The notes: generated by a model from the sequence alone, not told the origin. Positions 9,429 to 19,648 are shown, numbered from the stretch's first letter. The stretch: 64,000 nucleotides of DNA from Alphaproteobacteria bacterium (GCA_017453485.1 JAFTEW010000058.1:1890-65889); one strand, 5' to 3'. Made by a program: numbers and translations.

Positions 9429-10541
9429 ATGAAACGGGCATCACGATTGAATTTAAACAATATTTTGTTTTCCCTATTTTGGTGGTTTATTCAAAAACTG
9501 TCCCCGAAATACGGCGAACAGATGTTGTATTGGGGATTACAATCGGGGGCCTTTCCCAATCGGTCCCACGAAGACCCGATTTTAAAAACAAACGTTTTGG
9601 GGTTTGATCTAAATACACCGATCGGAATCGGGGCCGGTTTTGACAAGCAAGTCAGCGTTATTGATGATTTGATCTTTATGGGAGCCGGCTTCGGTGAGTT
9701 TGGTCCTTATACCCTGGAAAAAGAAAATCCGGTTGTCGAAAAATTTTATTTACGTCGGGATCGGGCCATTGTTGCACAAAGTCTGGGATATCAAAATTCG
9801 GGGATTTTGAATATGTTGCCGGCTTTTATCAATCGGCGTTATTTGCCGAACATTGTCGGAATTGATATTACGATCACCGCTGAATTTGAAGGAGAAAATG
9901 TTAAACAGGGACGATTAATGTCTTATGCGGAAGAATTTGATATCATGACGCGAAAAATCGCACCTTATTGTGATTTCATTACGGTCAACTTTTCCCATCC
10001 GGAATCTGAATTATCCCGAATCCTACCGGACGAATCCGTCGTTGTCCCACTACTTAAAAACATAAAAAAAGCGGCAGAAGAGGCTGCGCCTATCCAACGC
10101 CCCCGTATTTTGGTAAAAATTCCCACCTCTATGACCCAGATGGAGCTACCGATGGTTTGCCATCACCTGATGGCTGCGGAAGTGGACGGTGTTATTGTTG
10201 GCGGTGCTCTTTCTTTATCCCAAACTAAGGTTAGTTTAAGCAAGAATTATTATGCCGGTATGCTGTCGGGTGCCCCCGCCAAACGGTATGTAATTGATAT
10301 GGTCAGTAAAGTTCACCAATTCACCAAAGGGCAATTACCGATTATTGCTTGTGGCGGTGTCTTTGACGGGATGGATGCCTATGAATGCCTGGCAGCCGGG
10401 GCTTCACTTATTCAAATTGGGACGGTTTTACGCTATGACGGCCCAAAAGCCGTCACCAAGATTAATCGGGAATTAGCGGCTATTTTGCGACACAAAGGTT
10501 TAAAATCGGTATCCGAAGCCGTTGGCATTGATTTTTATTAA
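9429..10541 (+). CDS. dihydroorotate dehydrogenase-like flavoprotein (divergent PyrD-like)
   Basis: PIGIGAGFDK and the C-terminal IACGGVFDGMDAYECLAAGASLIQIGT FMN-binding pattern are class-2 DHODH-like. The catalytic-loop motif reads NFSHPES instead of NxSSPNT. Confidence 0.65.
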   Translation: MKRASRLNLNNILFSLFWWFIQKLSPKYGEQMLYWGLQSGAFPNRSHEDPILKTNVLGFDLNTPIGIGAGFDKQVSVIDDLIFMGAGFGEFGPYTLEKENPVVEKFYLRRDRAIVAQSLGYQNSGILNMLPAFINRRYLPNIVGIDITITAEFEGENVKQGRLMSYAEEFDIMTRKIAPYCDFITVNFSHPESELSRILPDESVVVPLLKNIKKAAEEAAPIQRPRILVKIPTSMTQMELPMVCHHLMAAEVDGVIVGGALSLSQTKVSLSKNYYAGMLSGAPAKRYVIDMVSKVHQFTKGQLPIIACGGVFDGMDAYECLAAGASLIQIGTVLRYDGPKAVTKINRELAAILRHKGLKSVSEAVGIDFY

Positions 10542-10578
10542 TTCCTATGAAAATATGCTTCAAAAAATGTTTTTGGGG

Positions 10579-10607
10579 TTGACAGACCCCGATCTTTTTG
10601 ATACAAT
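10579..10607 (+). promoter_or_regulatory. sigma-70-type promoter upstream of rpoH
   Basis: TTGACA (10579-10584), a 17-nt spacer, then TACAAT (10602-10607). Confidence 0.6.
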
Positions 10608-10697
10608 ACGGCGTATTAGTTCATTTGATGATGGGCTGAGGCTTTTGCTAATTATTAGGAAAGCCGATTATATTGCTTAATGAAAGGATATAAAACA

Positions 10698-11573
10698 ATG
10701 ATGCAGACAAATGCTTTATCTTTATTATATTCGGGGAACTCCCTTTCTCTTTATTTGACCGAAATCAGCAAATTTCCCATGCTGGATGCGGAGCAAGAGT
10801 ATATGTTGGCCAAGCGCTATCAGGAAACTGGGGATTTGAATGCCGCACATGAATTAACAACCTCTCATCTGCGATTGGCTGCAAAAGTGGCATTATCCTT
10901 CCGGCATTACGGACTATCTTTGGCGGACTTGATTTCCGAAGCCAACATCGGATTGATGCAAGCCATTAAAAAATTTGATCCGGATAAAGGGTTTCGCCTG
11001 GCAACTTATGCCATTTGGTGGATTAAAGCCTCTGTTTCCGAATTCATTTTAAAGTCATGGTCCTTGGTCAAAATCGGCACGGTAGCCACACAAAAAAGGC
11101 TATTTTACAACCTGCATAAAATCAAGTCGCGGTTAGGCCTATATGATGAAACGGCCATGAACGATGAAACGGCGACAAAAGTTTCACGGATGCTCGGCGT
11201 TTCAAAAAAAGATGTCATTGAAATGGAACAACGGCTATCCGGTGATTCATCCCTGAATACCAACTTGTCCCATGATTCGACAACAAATCGCCAAGATATG
11301 TTGGTTGATGATCACGAATCCGTGGAAGAACAATTGGGTTCTTATCAGGATTTCAACTTAAAGAAAAAACTATTGGCCGAAGCCCTATCAACCTTATCTG
11401 ATCGGGAACAAGAAATTGTCAAAAAACGGTTTTTGACAGACAATCCGGAAACATTGGAGAACCTGGGGGCCACTTTCCATATCAGCCGGGAACGGGTTCG
11501 CCAAATTGAAACAAAGGCTTTTGAAAAGATGAGCCGTTATATCAAAACGGCCGCCGCAAAATTGATAATTTAA
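10698..11573 (+). CDS. rpoH: RNA polymerase sigma-32 factor RpoH
   Basis: Sigma-70 family regions 2-4 are present, and the ATYAIWWIKASVSEFILKSWSLVKIGT...QKRLFYNL RpoH box-like segment is typical of sigma-32. The start is taken 9 nt after AAAGGA. The ORF-track start is 10680. Confidence 0.85.
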   Translation: MMQTNALSLLYSGNSLSLYLTEISKFPMLDAEQEYMLAKRYQETGDLNAAHELTTSHLRLAAKVALSFRHYGLSLADLISEANIGLMQAIKKFDPDKGFRLATYAIWWIKASVSEFILKSWSLVKIGTVATQKRLFYNLHKIKSRLGLYDETAMNDETATKVSRMLGVSKKDVIEMEQRLSGDSSLNTNLSHDSTTNRQDMLVDDHESVEEQLGSYQDFNLKKKLLAEALSTLSDREQEIVKKRFLTDNPETLENLGATFHISRERVRQIETKAFEKMSRYIKTAAAKLII

Positions 11574-11591
11574 TTGCAATTTAGGGCAAAA

Positions 11592-11621
11592 GAAACGCCC
11601 CTTTGCTGGGGGGGGCGTTTC
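11592..11621. terminator. bidirectional terminator between rpoH and rubrerythrin
   Basis: GAAACGCCCC...GGGGCGTTTC inverted repeat between convergent genes. Confidence 0.6.
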
Positions 11622-11640
11622 CTTTATATATCCAGGTAAA

Positions 11641-12183
11641 TTAATAATTTTCGGCTTTGATCTGGAAATATGCCTTTTCATGGGCACAAACCGGACAAAC
11701 CTCTGGTGCTTTTTTCCCAATCACGATATGACCGCAATTAGAGCATTGCCAAATGGTATCTCCATCCCGGGAAAAGACAATACCGTCTTGTATATTTTTT
11801 AACAATTTACGATAACGTTCTTCATGCTCTTTTTCAATTTGACCAACCAACTCAAACAACGTTGCAATTTTATCAAACCCTTCCTCACGGGCCGTTTTGG
11901 CAAAGCCGGCATACATATCCGTCCATTCATAATTTTCTCCGTTAGCCGCATCTGCCAAGTTCGTCATTGTATTAGGAACCGCTCCATCATGGAGTAATTT
12001 GAACCAAATTTCGGCATGTTCCTTTTCGTTGGCGGCCGTTTCTTCAAAAATCTTTGAAATTTGGACATAGCCCTCTTTTTTGGCTTTTGACGCATAGTAT
12101 GTATATTTATTGCGTGCCTGGGATTCCCCGGCAAAAGCCGTCATTAAGTTTTGTTCGGTTTTGGACCCTTTTAATTCTGCCAT
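11641..12183 (-). CDS. rbr: rubrerythrin
   Basis: N-terminal ferritin-like diiron domain ([19 protein letters not shown]...EKEHAEIW...EKEHEERY) plus a C-terminal rubredoxin-like CSNCG...CPVC. Confidence 0.9.
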   Translation of the reverse strand: MAELKGSKTEQNLMTAFAGESQARNKYTYYASKAKKEGYVQISKIFEETAANEKEHAEIWFKLLHDGAVPNTMTNLADAANGENYEWTDMYAGFAKTAREEGFDKIATLFELVGQIEKEHEERYRKLLKNIQDGIVFSRDGDTIWQCSNCGHIVIGKKAPEVCPVCAHEKAYFQIKAENY

Positions 12184-12267
12184 TTTCTTTTTCCTTTCAT
12201 TGTTGACAATGGGGGTATTTTACTGACTTTTGGTATAAAAGTCAAGGTAAATATACCCCCGTTGATA

Positions 12268-14076
12268 TTATGCCCGTTTTTTCAAGCGTTCGTTTAATAA
12301 GACCAATTCCGCATCCAATTCAATCGGCAATCGATCGGATTTACGGAATTTTTCAAAATGTTCAGCGATAGCACATGTATCCTGTAAAGCCAAATCCGTA
12401 TCAATCGCCATTAAATCGGCAAACTGCTTTTCCGTCAGATTCAACCCCTTCCAATTCATGTCCTGATATCGGGGCATCCATCCTAAAGCCGTTTGTTCGG
12501 CATTGGCCATGCCGGCTGTGCGTTTGACAATCCATTCCAGGACTCGCATATTGTCACCAAACCCCGGCCACATAAAGTTTCCTTTTCTATCTTTTCGGAA
12601 CCAATTAACCCGGAAAATCAACGGTAAATCCTTCACATATTTAACCATGGACAGCCAATGATTCCAGTAATCCCCCATATGGTAGCCGCAAAACGGCAAC
12701 ATCGCAAACGGGTCCCGACGGATTTCGCCCATTTTACCTTCCGCGGCAGCCGTTTTTTCCGATCCCATCGTGCTGGCCAGGAAAACACCGTGTGTCCAAC
12801 TGAATGCCTGATAAACCAACGGAGTATTAGTGGCTAACCGACCGCCAAAGATAAAAGCTGAAATCGGCACACCGGCCGGATTTTCCCAATCTTTATCAAT
12901 TGTCGGGCATTGTTTTGCCGGAGCCGTAAATCGTGAATTAGGATGGGCTGCCGGCCGCCCGCAATCGGGTGTCCAATCATTTCCCTGCCAATCAATCAAA
13001 TGCTTGGGGACTTTATCAGTCAACCCTTCCCACCAAACATCACCGTCATCGGTCAAAGCCACATTAGTAAAAATTGTATTTTTCCGACACGATTCAATGG
13101 CATTCTTATTGGTTTTCAAACTGGTTCCCGGTGCCACACCAAAAAATCCCGCTTCCGGATTAATGGCATAAAGTTTACCATCTTTCCCCGGCTTAATCCA
13201 AGCGATATCATCCCCGACGGTTGATACTTTCCAATCGGATAAGGCTTTGGGCGGAATCAACATCGCCATATTTGTTTTGCCGCAAGCACTCGGGAACGCC
13301 GCCGCCACATATGTTTTTAACTTCTGTTTTTTGTTTTCCAAACCAACAATCAACATATGTTCTGACAACCATCCTTCGTCTCGTGCCATGGTTGAAGCAA
13401 TCCGTAAAGCCAAACACTTCTTACCCAGCAACGCATTACCGCCATAGCCCGAACCGAAAGAAATAATTTCCCGCGTTTCCGGAAAATGTGTAATATAGGT
13501 ATTATCCGGATTACAAGGCCATGCCACATCTTTTTGACCCTTTTTCAGCGGAGCCCCCACCGAATGAAAACACCGAACAAAATTATCACCCTTAATGTAT
13601 TTCCAAACGGCTTTACCCATCCGGGTCATAATCCGCATATTAGCCACAACATAGGCCGAATCGGTAATTTCAATTCCGATTTTGGCAATCGGCGACCCCA
13701 AAGGTCCCATTGAAAATGGAATAACATACATGGTTCGACCGGCCATACATCCTTTCATCAGTTTATTCAGGGTTGCTTTCATCTTTTTCGGAGCCGCCCA
13801 ATTGTTGGTCGGTCCCGCATCGATTTCTTTTTCACAACAAATAAAGGTCCGCGCTTCCACCCGAGCAACATCCTTAGGATTTGAACGCGCCAAATAACAT
13901 CCCGGTCGTTTTTTGGGATTCAGTTTGATAAAAGTCCCTGCCCGCTCTAATTGAGCACATAGAGCCTGATTTTCGGCTTCGGAACCGTCACACCAATAAA
14001 TTTTATCCGGAGTTGTTAATTTTGCGATACCGTTCACCCAATCCAGAACGGCCTTGTTTTTTGTCGGTAATACCAT
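12268..14076 (-). CDS. pckG: phosphoenolpyruvate carboxykinase (GTP)
   Basis: GTP-PEPCK pattern including FPSACGKTN (kinase-1a), GDDIAW and WEGL regions. The start is at the ATG 9 nt after AAGGAG. The TTG at 14139 in the ORF track looks like a TTGACT -35 box. Confidence 0.93.
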   Translation of the reverse strand: MVLPTKNKAVLDWVNGIAKLTTPDKIYWCDGSEAENQALCAQLERAGTFIKLNPKKRPGCYLARSNPKDVARVEARTFICCEKEIDAGPTNNWAAPKKMKATLNKLMKGCMAGRTMYVIPFSMGPLGSPIAKIGIEITDSAYVVANMRIMTRMGKAVWKYIKGDNFVRCFHSVGAPLKKGQKDVAWPCNPDNTYITHFPETREIISFGSGYGGNALLGKKCLALRIASTMARDEGWLSEHMLIVGLENKKQKLKTYVAAAFPSACGKTNMAMLIPPKALSDWKVSTVGDDIAWIKPGKDGKLYAINPEAGFFGVAPGTSLKTNKNAIESCRKNTIFTNVALTDDGDVWWEGLTDKVPKHLIDWQGNDWTPDCGRPAAHPNSRFTAPAKQCPTIDKDWENPAGVPISAFIFGGRLATNTPLVYQAFSWTHGVFLASTMGSEKTAAAEGKMGEIRRDPFAMLPFCGYHMGDYWNHWLSMVKYVKDLPLIFRVNWFRKDRKGNFMWPGFGDNMRVLEWIVKRTAGMANAEQTALGWMPRYQDMNWKGLNLTEKQFADLMAIDTDLALQDTCAIAEHFEKFRKSDRLPIELDAELVLLNERLKKRA

Positions 14077-14155
14077 TGTCATAATCTCCTTTTCAAAATG
14101 ATATAACTTTGTTTTAGGCTTTTTTGGAAAAAGAGTCAAGGGAAAAACATACCGT

Positions 14156-15853
14156 TTATAACACAGAACTGTTTTCTATTTCTGCTATTATTTTATTCAG
14201 CGAATAGATATCATCCCACATGTCCCCGGGATACCGGTATATATCTCCCAAACATTTTTGAATGTTTGGATGTTCTGTAACAAAGGCCAATTCCTGAAAC
14301 GAACCGTCCTGATTTTGGGGAACTGCAAATTGGTAATCTATCAGGTAAAGGTGCCCATTTGAAAAGATCAGATTTGCCGGCCGAATATCCCGATGCATAT
14401 AGTTAATTCTTCTTATTTCTTCAGAAAGCAGACGCAATTGTTTCAAAATCTGTTCTTTCTCATTTTTCGTCATCCCCAAGTGAATGAGTTCTTCCAAAGA
14501 ATACCCGGGGACAAAACGGGTAATAACCGTCAGGCTGATACGGTCATACAATATCGGTTTCGGAACAAACATTGGCATTCGTTGATAATATGCCTGCTGA
14601 CAACGAAATTCGTTTTCCACAATTTCGGGATTGCCTCCGATTTTCACAAATACACTTTTGTTATGGAAAAACCCGCGTCCGAAAGAACACTTTAACCCGG
14701 ATATTGTATCTACCTGAATAGATTGGTAATTATTTATTTTTAACAGCGATAATTGTTCCCGAATTTTTTGTTCTTGTCTTTCTTGTTTTTGCTTATGCCG
14801 ATTCAAAATACGTCGGTTTTGACAACAGCGAACAGGCAATCCCCGTAACGAATAACCTTGTTGTAAAACCTCACAGACTATCAACCGCTCCATAGCATGC
14901 GCCAAAGAAAAGATGCCGCGCCGGGATTCTTGAAAATCGGATAGGTCAAATTGCTGCCACCGTTGTAATAAATGTGCCCGAAGGCCAAAGCATGTCCCCA
15001 TGACAAATCGGTAATTTTTCGGAATAATTATTCCCCTTCGCTCGGCATATGCCGCAACTCGGGCCCGTCTTTCCGGGTTATCATCCGTTATCAGAGATTC
15101 GGCAGCGACCAATCCATCCCGCTTTGTATGCAACAAAGAATTTATTCCGCGATGAACGTTGGCCACCCCAAAACAACCGCTGAACAATTGATGAAACCAA
15201 TCATCCTTTTGGAAAACATGATCATAAGTTATTCTTTTTCGTTTTTTAGGTACTACTGATTTCGATTGAATATGATAAATGATATCATACTTTTTTAAAT
15301 CAAGTTTTTTTAAAACATGACAAAAAGGGCCGATATCAAATCCCCGATTATCACACGGGACCAGCACCGCCGATGGCCGAAAATTTAAAATCTCTGACAA
15401 AACGGCATTTGTTTTTAATTGTTCCGGATAGGTAACAATTAAATCATAGGGATATACGGATAAATTTTCCAAATAAAATCGAATGGCTTTCCATGAAGAA
15501 GCATAAAACAGATGCAAATGAACCAAAATACGGGCAGATTGATTCATACGGATTTGCTTGTAAAAAACAAACCGGTATATATGCCGTAATACAATATAGG
15601 GAAAACCCGGAACGGAATAGTGATTTAGGCGGAGATTTTTTTTATAACTGAATATTTTAATGTTGAATAAGTAGTATTGTCGGCGACCGTTTCGCTTCTT
15701 AACCTGCCTAATCAGGGCATGAACATATTTTCGACAATCCTCATTATCCGAAAAGGTTTTGTTTTCGCACCTGAAAACCGGAACACCGCAAATGCGACAT
15801 TCCCGAACCTGTGTGTCCTGTTCTGTAAATCGGCATATTTGATAAAATTTCAT
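14156..15853 (-). CDS. fusion protein: Cys-rich N-terminus + rhamnan-synthesis-F (RgpF)-like glycosyltransferase + C-terminal protein-kinase-like (LPS/sugar kinase-like) domain
   Basis: The central region ([13 protein letters not shown]...DLIVTYPE...[11 protein letters not shown]...) resembles the Rhamnan_synth_F family. The C-terminus [13 protein letters not shown]...LIDYQFA is a kinase catalytic-loop/DFG-like pattern. AGGAG lies 7 nt before the ATG. Confidence 0.7.
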   Translation of the reverse strand: MKFYQICRFTEQDTQVRECRICGVPVFRCENKTFSDNEDCRKYVHALIRQVKKRNGRRQYYLFNIKIFSYKKNLRLNHYSVPGFPYIVLRHIYRFVFYKQIRMNQSARILVHLHLFYASSWKAIRFYLENLSVYPYDLIVTYPEQLKTNAVLSEILNFRPSAVLVPCDNRGFDIGPFCHVLKKLDLKKYDIIYHIQSKSVVPKKRKRITYDHVFQKDDWFHQLFSGCFGVANVHRGINSLLHTKRDGLVAAESLITDDNPERRARVAAYAERRGIIIPKNYRFVMGTCFGLRAHLLQRWQQFDLSDFQESRRGIFSLAHAMERLIVCEVLQQGYSLRGLPVRCCQNRRILNRHKQKQERQEQKIREQLSLLKINNYQSIQVDTISGLKCSFGRGFFHNKSVFVKIGGNPEIVENEFRCQQAYYQRMPMFVPKPILYDRISLTVITRFVPGYSLEELIHLGMTKNEKEQILKQLRLLSEEIRRINYMHRDIRPANLIFSNGHLYLIDYQFAVPQNQDGSFQELAFVTEHPNIQKCLGDIYRYPGDMWDDIYSLNKIIAEIENSSVL

Positions 15854-15867
15854 TGTTATTCTCCTGC

Positions 15868-16121
15868 TAAAAACGAACCACCTGAAACAGGTGGTCGGAG
15901 AGTTAACAAATCAAAATCAAGCGATTGATCCCCTTGGTCTTTAAGGACTAATGCCTCTGGACAGACACCAAAGGCTCCCCGACCGTTTTGTCAGGGCACA
16001 TGAACATGACTTTATTTGGGAATAAAGTCGATCCGGCAGTTTTCCTGCCCGCTTGATTTTTAGAGTTTGTTAAGACTCCGGCACCGTTACAGGCACCTAT
16101 GACATACAACCCGCATGCCAC
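15868..16121 (-). promoter_or_regulatory. candidate structured 5' leader (riboswitch/attenuator-like) or sRNA of unknown class ending in an intrinsic terminator
   Basis: Minus-strand promoter at 16128-16156. Several hairpins: GACTTTATT/AATAAAGTC, GGCAG-gaaaa-CTGCC and ATCAA-tcgc-TTGAT. A long-range helix GGTCGGGGAG/CTCTCCGACC is also present. The terminator ACCACCTG-ttt-CAGGTGGT followed by tcgTTTTT (15869-15895) lies directly 5' of the SD AGGAG of the 14156-15853 gene. Confidence 0.5.
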
Positions 16122-16127
16122 GATCTG

Positions 16128-16156
16128 ATCATATCAAAATTTTTATCAAAAAGCAA
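16128..16156 (-). promoter_or_regulatory. sigma-70-type promoter (minus strand) driving the structured leader
   Basis: On the minus strand: TTGCTT, a 17-nt spacer, then TATGAT. Confidence 0.45.
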
Positions 16157-16181
16157 CCGTTATTTCATTCCTACTCCCCTC

Positions 16182-16210
16182 TTGACTTGTGTCGGAATGT
16201 TCGTTATAAT
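16182..16210 (+). promoter_or_regulatory. sigma-70-type promoter upstream of msbA-like gene
   Basis: TTGACT (16182-16187), a 17-nt spacer, then TATAAT (16205-16210). Confidence 0.65.
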
Positions 16211-16242
16211 GTCGCCGTTATTTTATAATTTAAGGACAAAAA

Positions 16243-18024
16243 ATGGCCTCTGATAAAAAAGAAAAATTGAGTTTTAAAGAAAAAATCAAAAACATGAATC
16301 TGGTTCAAAACTATCGGAAAATTTTACCGTATGTGCGACCTTATATGTTTCGGGCGATTTTAGCCTTGATTATTACAATTCCGATCGGTTCAATGGATGC
16401 TGTCATTGCCTGGGTATTGAAACCTTATATGGACACGGTTATGATTGAAAAGCGGGTGCAATCAACTTCCTTAATTCCAGCTTTGATTATTTTATTCAGT
16501 TTGGCTCAAAGTTTACTGAACTATGCCTCAACCTATTTGAATACCTGGGTTGGAACAAAAATCACTATGGATTTGAAATTTGATCTGTTCAAAAAATTGG
16601 TGCATAATGATCCCTCTTTCTTTGATCATAATACTTCCGGAGATATTCAGTTTCGTTTTAATACCGATGCGGAAATGGCATGCAGCGGATTGCTCAACAA
16701 CCTGAAATTATTTACGACACGCATTTTCTCATCTATTTCACTCATCGGTGTGTTGCTTTGGAATTCCTGGCAATTATCCATTATTGCCATTGTGGTGTTG
16801 TTCGGTGCTCTTTATCCGTTGACGGGTGTTCGGCGAAAGATCAAAGACATCATGAAGCAAACCGTTTTTTCCGGTTCAAAAATCATGACACATTATAATG
16901 AAGCCTTTTCTGGTAATCGCGTCATTACGTCCTACAATTTATATGAATACCAAACCAATCAGTTTAAAGAAACCTTGCGTTCCGTTTTTAAATTGGGCAT
17001 GAAAATGGTTAAGCGCACCGGCATGTTAACACCGATGATGCACTTTGTCATTTCCATCGGTATTGCCGGCGTTATTTGGGTTGGCAGCTATTTAATCGCC
17101 CGCAATCAATTAACCCCGGGCGGTTTTGTTTCTTTCATCACGGCTCTGCTGATGCTGTATCACCCGATTAAATCTATGGGGACCAGTTTTGCGAATGTCC
17201 AAATGTCTTTCATGGCGATGGATCGTGTCTTTGAACGGTTAGAGGAAATTCCCAAAATTCGCAACAAAAAGAATGCCCCGAAACTGGAAAAAATAAACAG
17301 TAAGATTCAATACAAAGATGTATCCTTTGCTTATGTGCCCGGACGCCCTGTATTAAAAAGCGTTAATTTAACCATTCCCAAGGGGCATACTGTGGCTTTT
17401 GTCGGCAATTCTGGCGGCGGCAAGACAACGTTTGTCAACCTGTTGCCTCGTTTTTATGATGTGACCGGCGGCGCAATAATGATTGACGGAACAGATATTC
17501 GGGATTTTGATTTGTATTCTTTACGGGATAAAATTGCTGTTGTGTTTCAGGATAACGTCTTGTTCGGCGGAACCATTCGGGATAACATTTTGTTGGGTAA
17601 AGAAGATGCAACGGAGGAAGAAATCCGTCAAGCCGTTAAGAATGCCTGTTTGGATGAATTTATCGGGACACTGCCCCAGGGACTGGATACCGAAATTGGC
17701 GAGCGCGGTATCTTGTTATCCGGTGGCCAACGGCAACGGATTGCCATTGCCCGAGCTTTCATCAAAAATGCGCCGATTGTCATTCTGGATGAAGCCACGT
17801 CCGCTTTGGACAACAAATCTGAACAAATCGTACAACAAGCCATCTATAACCTGATGGAAGATCGGACGGTCTTTATCGTGGCTCACCGCCTGTCAACGGT
17901 TCGAAATGCGGACAAAATCGTTGTTATTGACCATGGCGATATCGTTGAAACCGGAACACATGACGAATTAGTCGCTCGGGAAGATTCGATTTACGCATCT
18001 CTTTATAAAACACAGTTAAAATAA
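16243..18024 (+). CDS. msbA: ABC transporter permease/ATPase, MsbA-like lipid A exporter
   Basis: An N-terminal 6-TM ABC exporter domain is followed by an NBD with GNSGGGKTT, LSGGQRQR and ILDEATSALD. It sits in an LPS gene neighbourhood. Confidence 0.8.
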   Translation: MASDKKEKLSFKEKIKNMNLVQNYRKILPYVRPYMFRAILALIITIPIGSMDAVIAWVLKPYMDTVMIEKRVQSTSLIPALIILFSLAQSLLNYASTYLNTWVGTKITMDLKFDLFKKLVHNDPSFFDHNTSGDIQFRFNTDAEMACSGLLNNLKLFTTRIFSSISLIGVLLWNSWQLSIIAIVVLFGALYPLTGVRRKIKDIMKQTVFSGSKIMTHYNEAFSGNRVITSYNLYEYQTNQFKETLRSVFKLGMKMVKRTGMLTPMMHFVISIGIAGVIWVGSYLIARNQLTPGGFVSFITALLMLYHPIKSMGTSFANVQMSFMAMDRVFERLEEIPKIRNKKNAPKLEKINSKIQYKDVSFAYVPGRPVLKSVNLTIPKGHTVAFVGNSGGGKTTFVNLLPRFYDVTGGAIMIDGTDIRDFDLYSLRDKIAVVFQDNVLFGGTIRDNILLGKEDATEEEIRQAVKNACLDEFIGTLPQGLDTEIGERGILLSGGQRQRIAIARAFIKNAPIVILDEATSALDNKSEQIVQQAIYNLMEDRTVFIVAHRLSTVRNADKIVVIDHGDIVETGTHDELVAREDSIYASLYKTQLK

Positions 18025-18046
18025 ACAGATGGAGGGATTAAACAAT

Positions 18047-18658
18047 ATGGCAAAAATACAGGTTTATACAGGGGATTTACCCGCATCGGTTCGATTTGGT
18101 AAATCCGTTGCCGTTGATACGGAAACAATGGGATTAAATCTTCACCGGGACAGGTTATGCCTGGTTCAAATCAGTGATGAAAACGGCAATGTATCATTGG
18201 TTCAAATCCAACCAGGAAAAAAATATCCGAACCTAATTAAATTATTGACAAACCCAAAGATTTTAAAAATCTTTCATTTTGCTCGGTTTGATGTGGCCAA
18301 GATTAAGCATGATTTGGGCATAACCGTCACACCGGTTTATTGCACAAAAATTGCTTCAAAACTCTGCAGAACATCTTCTCCCTCACACAGTTTAAAGTCG
18401 TTGTGCTATGATTTATTGGGGGTTGAGTTGTGTAAGGAGCAACAGACTTCCGATTGGGGAGCAAAAACACTGACCAAAGCGCAACAACAATACGCCGCCA
18501 ACGATGTGTTATATCTGCATGCCCTTAAACAGAAGTTGGATGCCCTGTTAAAACGGGAAGGACGGGCCGAATTAGCTGCTCAATGCTTTAATTTCTTGTC
18601 GGTGCGGGCCGAATTGGATTTATTAGATTTTGACAATCCGGATATTTTTAATCATTAA
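18047..18658 (+). CDS. 3'-5' exonuclease, RNase D-like (DEDDy, no HRDC)
   Basis: VAVDTET (ExoI), FHFARFD (ExoII) and YAANDVLYL (ExoIII with Tyr). The start is placed after GGAGGG. The ORF-track start is 18029. Confidence 0.75.
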   Translation: MAKIQVYTGDLPASVRFGKSVAVDTETMGLNLHRDRLCLVQISDENGNVSLVQIQPGKKYPNLIKLLTNPKILKIFHFARFDVAKIKHDLGITVTPVYCTKIASKLCRTSSPSHSLKSLCYDLLGVELCKEQQTSDWGAKTLTKAQQQYAANDVLYLHALKQKLDALLKREGRAELAAQCFNFLSVRAELDLLDFDNPDIFNH

Positions 18659-18670
18659 GGGAGAGGACAC

Positions 18671-19642
18671 ATGACACCGGAACAAATTATATCCGCCGCC
18701 AAGCAGGTTTTGGAAATTGAAACCAAGGGGATGAATTTACTTAAAGACAGTATTGGTGATTCTTTCGTTCAGGCTGTCAACCTGATGTTTAATACAAAAG
18801 GACGCGTCATTATTTCCGGTATGGGGAAAAGCGGACATGTCGGACAAAAAATGGCAGCCACCCTGGCTTCAACCGGGACACCCTCTTTTTTTGTGCATCC
18901 CAGTGAAGCCAGCCACGGCGATTTGGGGATGCTGACAAAAAGCGATACATTGATCACCATATCCAATTCCGGTGAAAGCCGTGAAATGGGTGATATTATC
19001 TCTTTTTCCCGCCGTTTCGGTATTCCGATGATTGCTATTACCGGTTGTCCGACCAGTTCAATGGCTCAGGCTGCCGATATTGTATTGCTTATTCCGAATA
19101 AAAAAGATGCCCCCGAAGCCTGTCCGCTCGGGATGGCCCCAACGACATCAACAACCACCACCATAGCTCTGGGTGATGCATTGGCGGTAGCCTTGTTGGA
19201 AATGCGCGGGTTTACACGGGAACAGTTTCATGATCGCCATCCGGGAGGAAAACTGGGAAATGTTTTGCTGAAAGTATCCGATGTAATGGCCAAAGGGGAT
19301 GAGATGCCGATTGTTTCACCGACAATGATGATGGCTGATGCCTTGGTTATTATGACAGAAAAAAGTTTAGGCTGTTTGGGTATTGTTAATGAGAATGGTG
19401 TTCTAATCGGTGTTATTACCGACGGCGATTTACGGCGGCACATGACAGCGGATATTATTGTCCGCCAGGCGCAAGATATTATGACGAAAAACCCGAAAAC
19501 AATCCCTCCGAATATGTTGGGGACCGAGGCTGTCGGTCTGATGAACTCGGCCAAAATTACGAATGTCTTTGTGGTTGATGCGGACGGAAAACCGCTGGGG
19601 CTGCTTCATCTGCACCACTTATTACAGGCGGGGGTTGTTTAA
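18671..19642 (+). CDS. kdsD: arabinose-5-phosphate isomerase KdsD/KpsF (SIS + tandem CBS)
   Basis: SIS motif GMGKSGHVGQKMAATLASTGTPSFFVHPSEASHGDLG followed by CBS pairs. Confidence 0.88.
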   Translation: MTPEQIISAAKQVLEIETKGMNLLKDSIGDSFVQAVNLMFNTKGRVIISGMGKSGHVGQKMAATLASTGTPSFFVHPSEASHGDLGMLTKSDTLITISNSGESREMGDIISFSRRFGIPMIAITGCPTSSMAQAADIVLLIPNKKDAPEACPLGMAPTTSTTTTIALGDALAVALLEMRGFTREQFHDRHPGGKLGNVLLKVSDVMAKGDEMPIVSPTMMMADALVIMTEKSLGCLGIVNENGVLIGVITDGDLRRHMTADIIVRQAQDIMTKNPKTIPPNMLGTEAVGLMNSAKITNVFVVDADGKPLGLLHLHHLLQAGVV

Positions 19643-19648
19643 TTCGGT

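Noticed and set aside
15868-16121. Tested whether the structured intergenic RNA is RNase P RNA, tmRNA (including the two-piece alphaproteobacterial form), SRP/4.5S RNA, or a TPP, cobalamin, FMN, yybP, fluoride or ZTP riboswitch.
   Set aside because: None of the invariant cores I know is present on either strand. I looked for GAGGAAAGUCCGG and ACAGAA for RNase P, a T-arm plus CCA and tag ORF for tmRNA, the GGAA/AGCA domain IV loop for SRP, CUGAGA...ACCUGAUCUGGAUAAUGCCAGCG for TPP, and GGGGAGUAG for yybP. It is kept only as an unclassified leader candidate.
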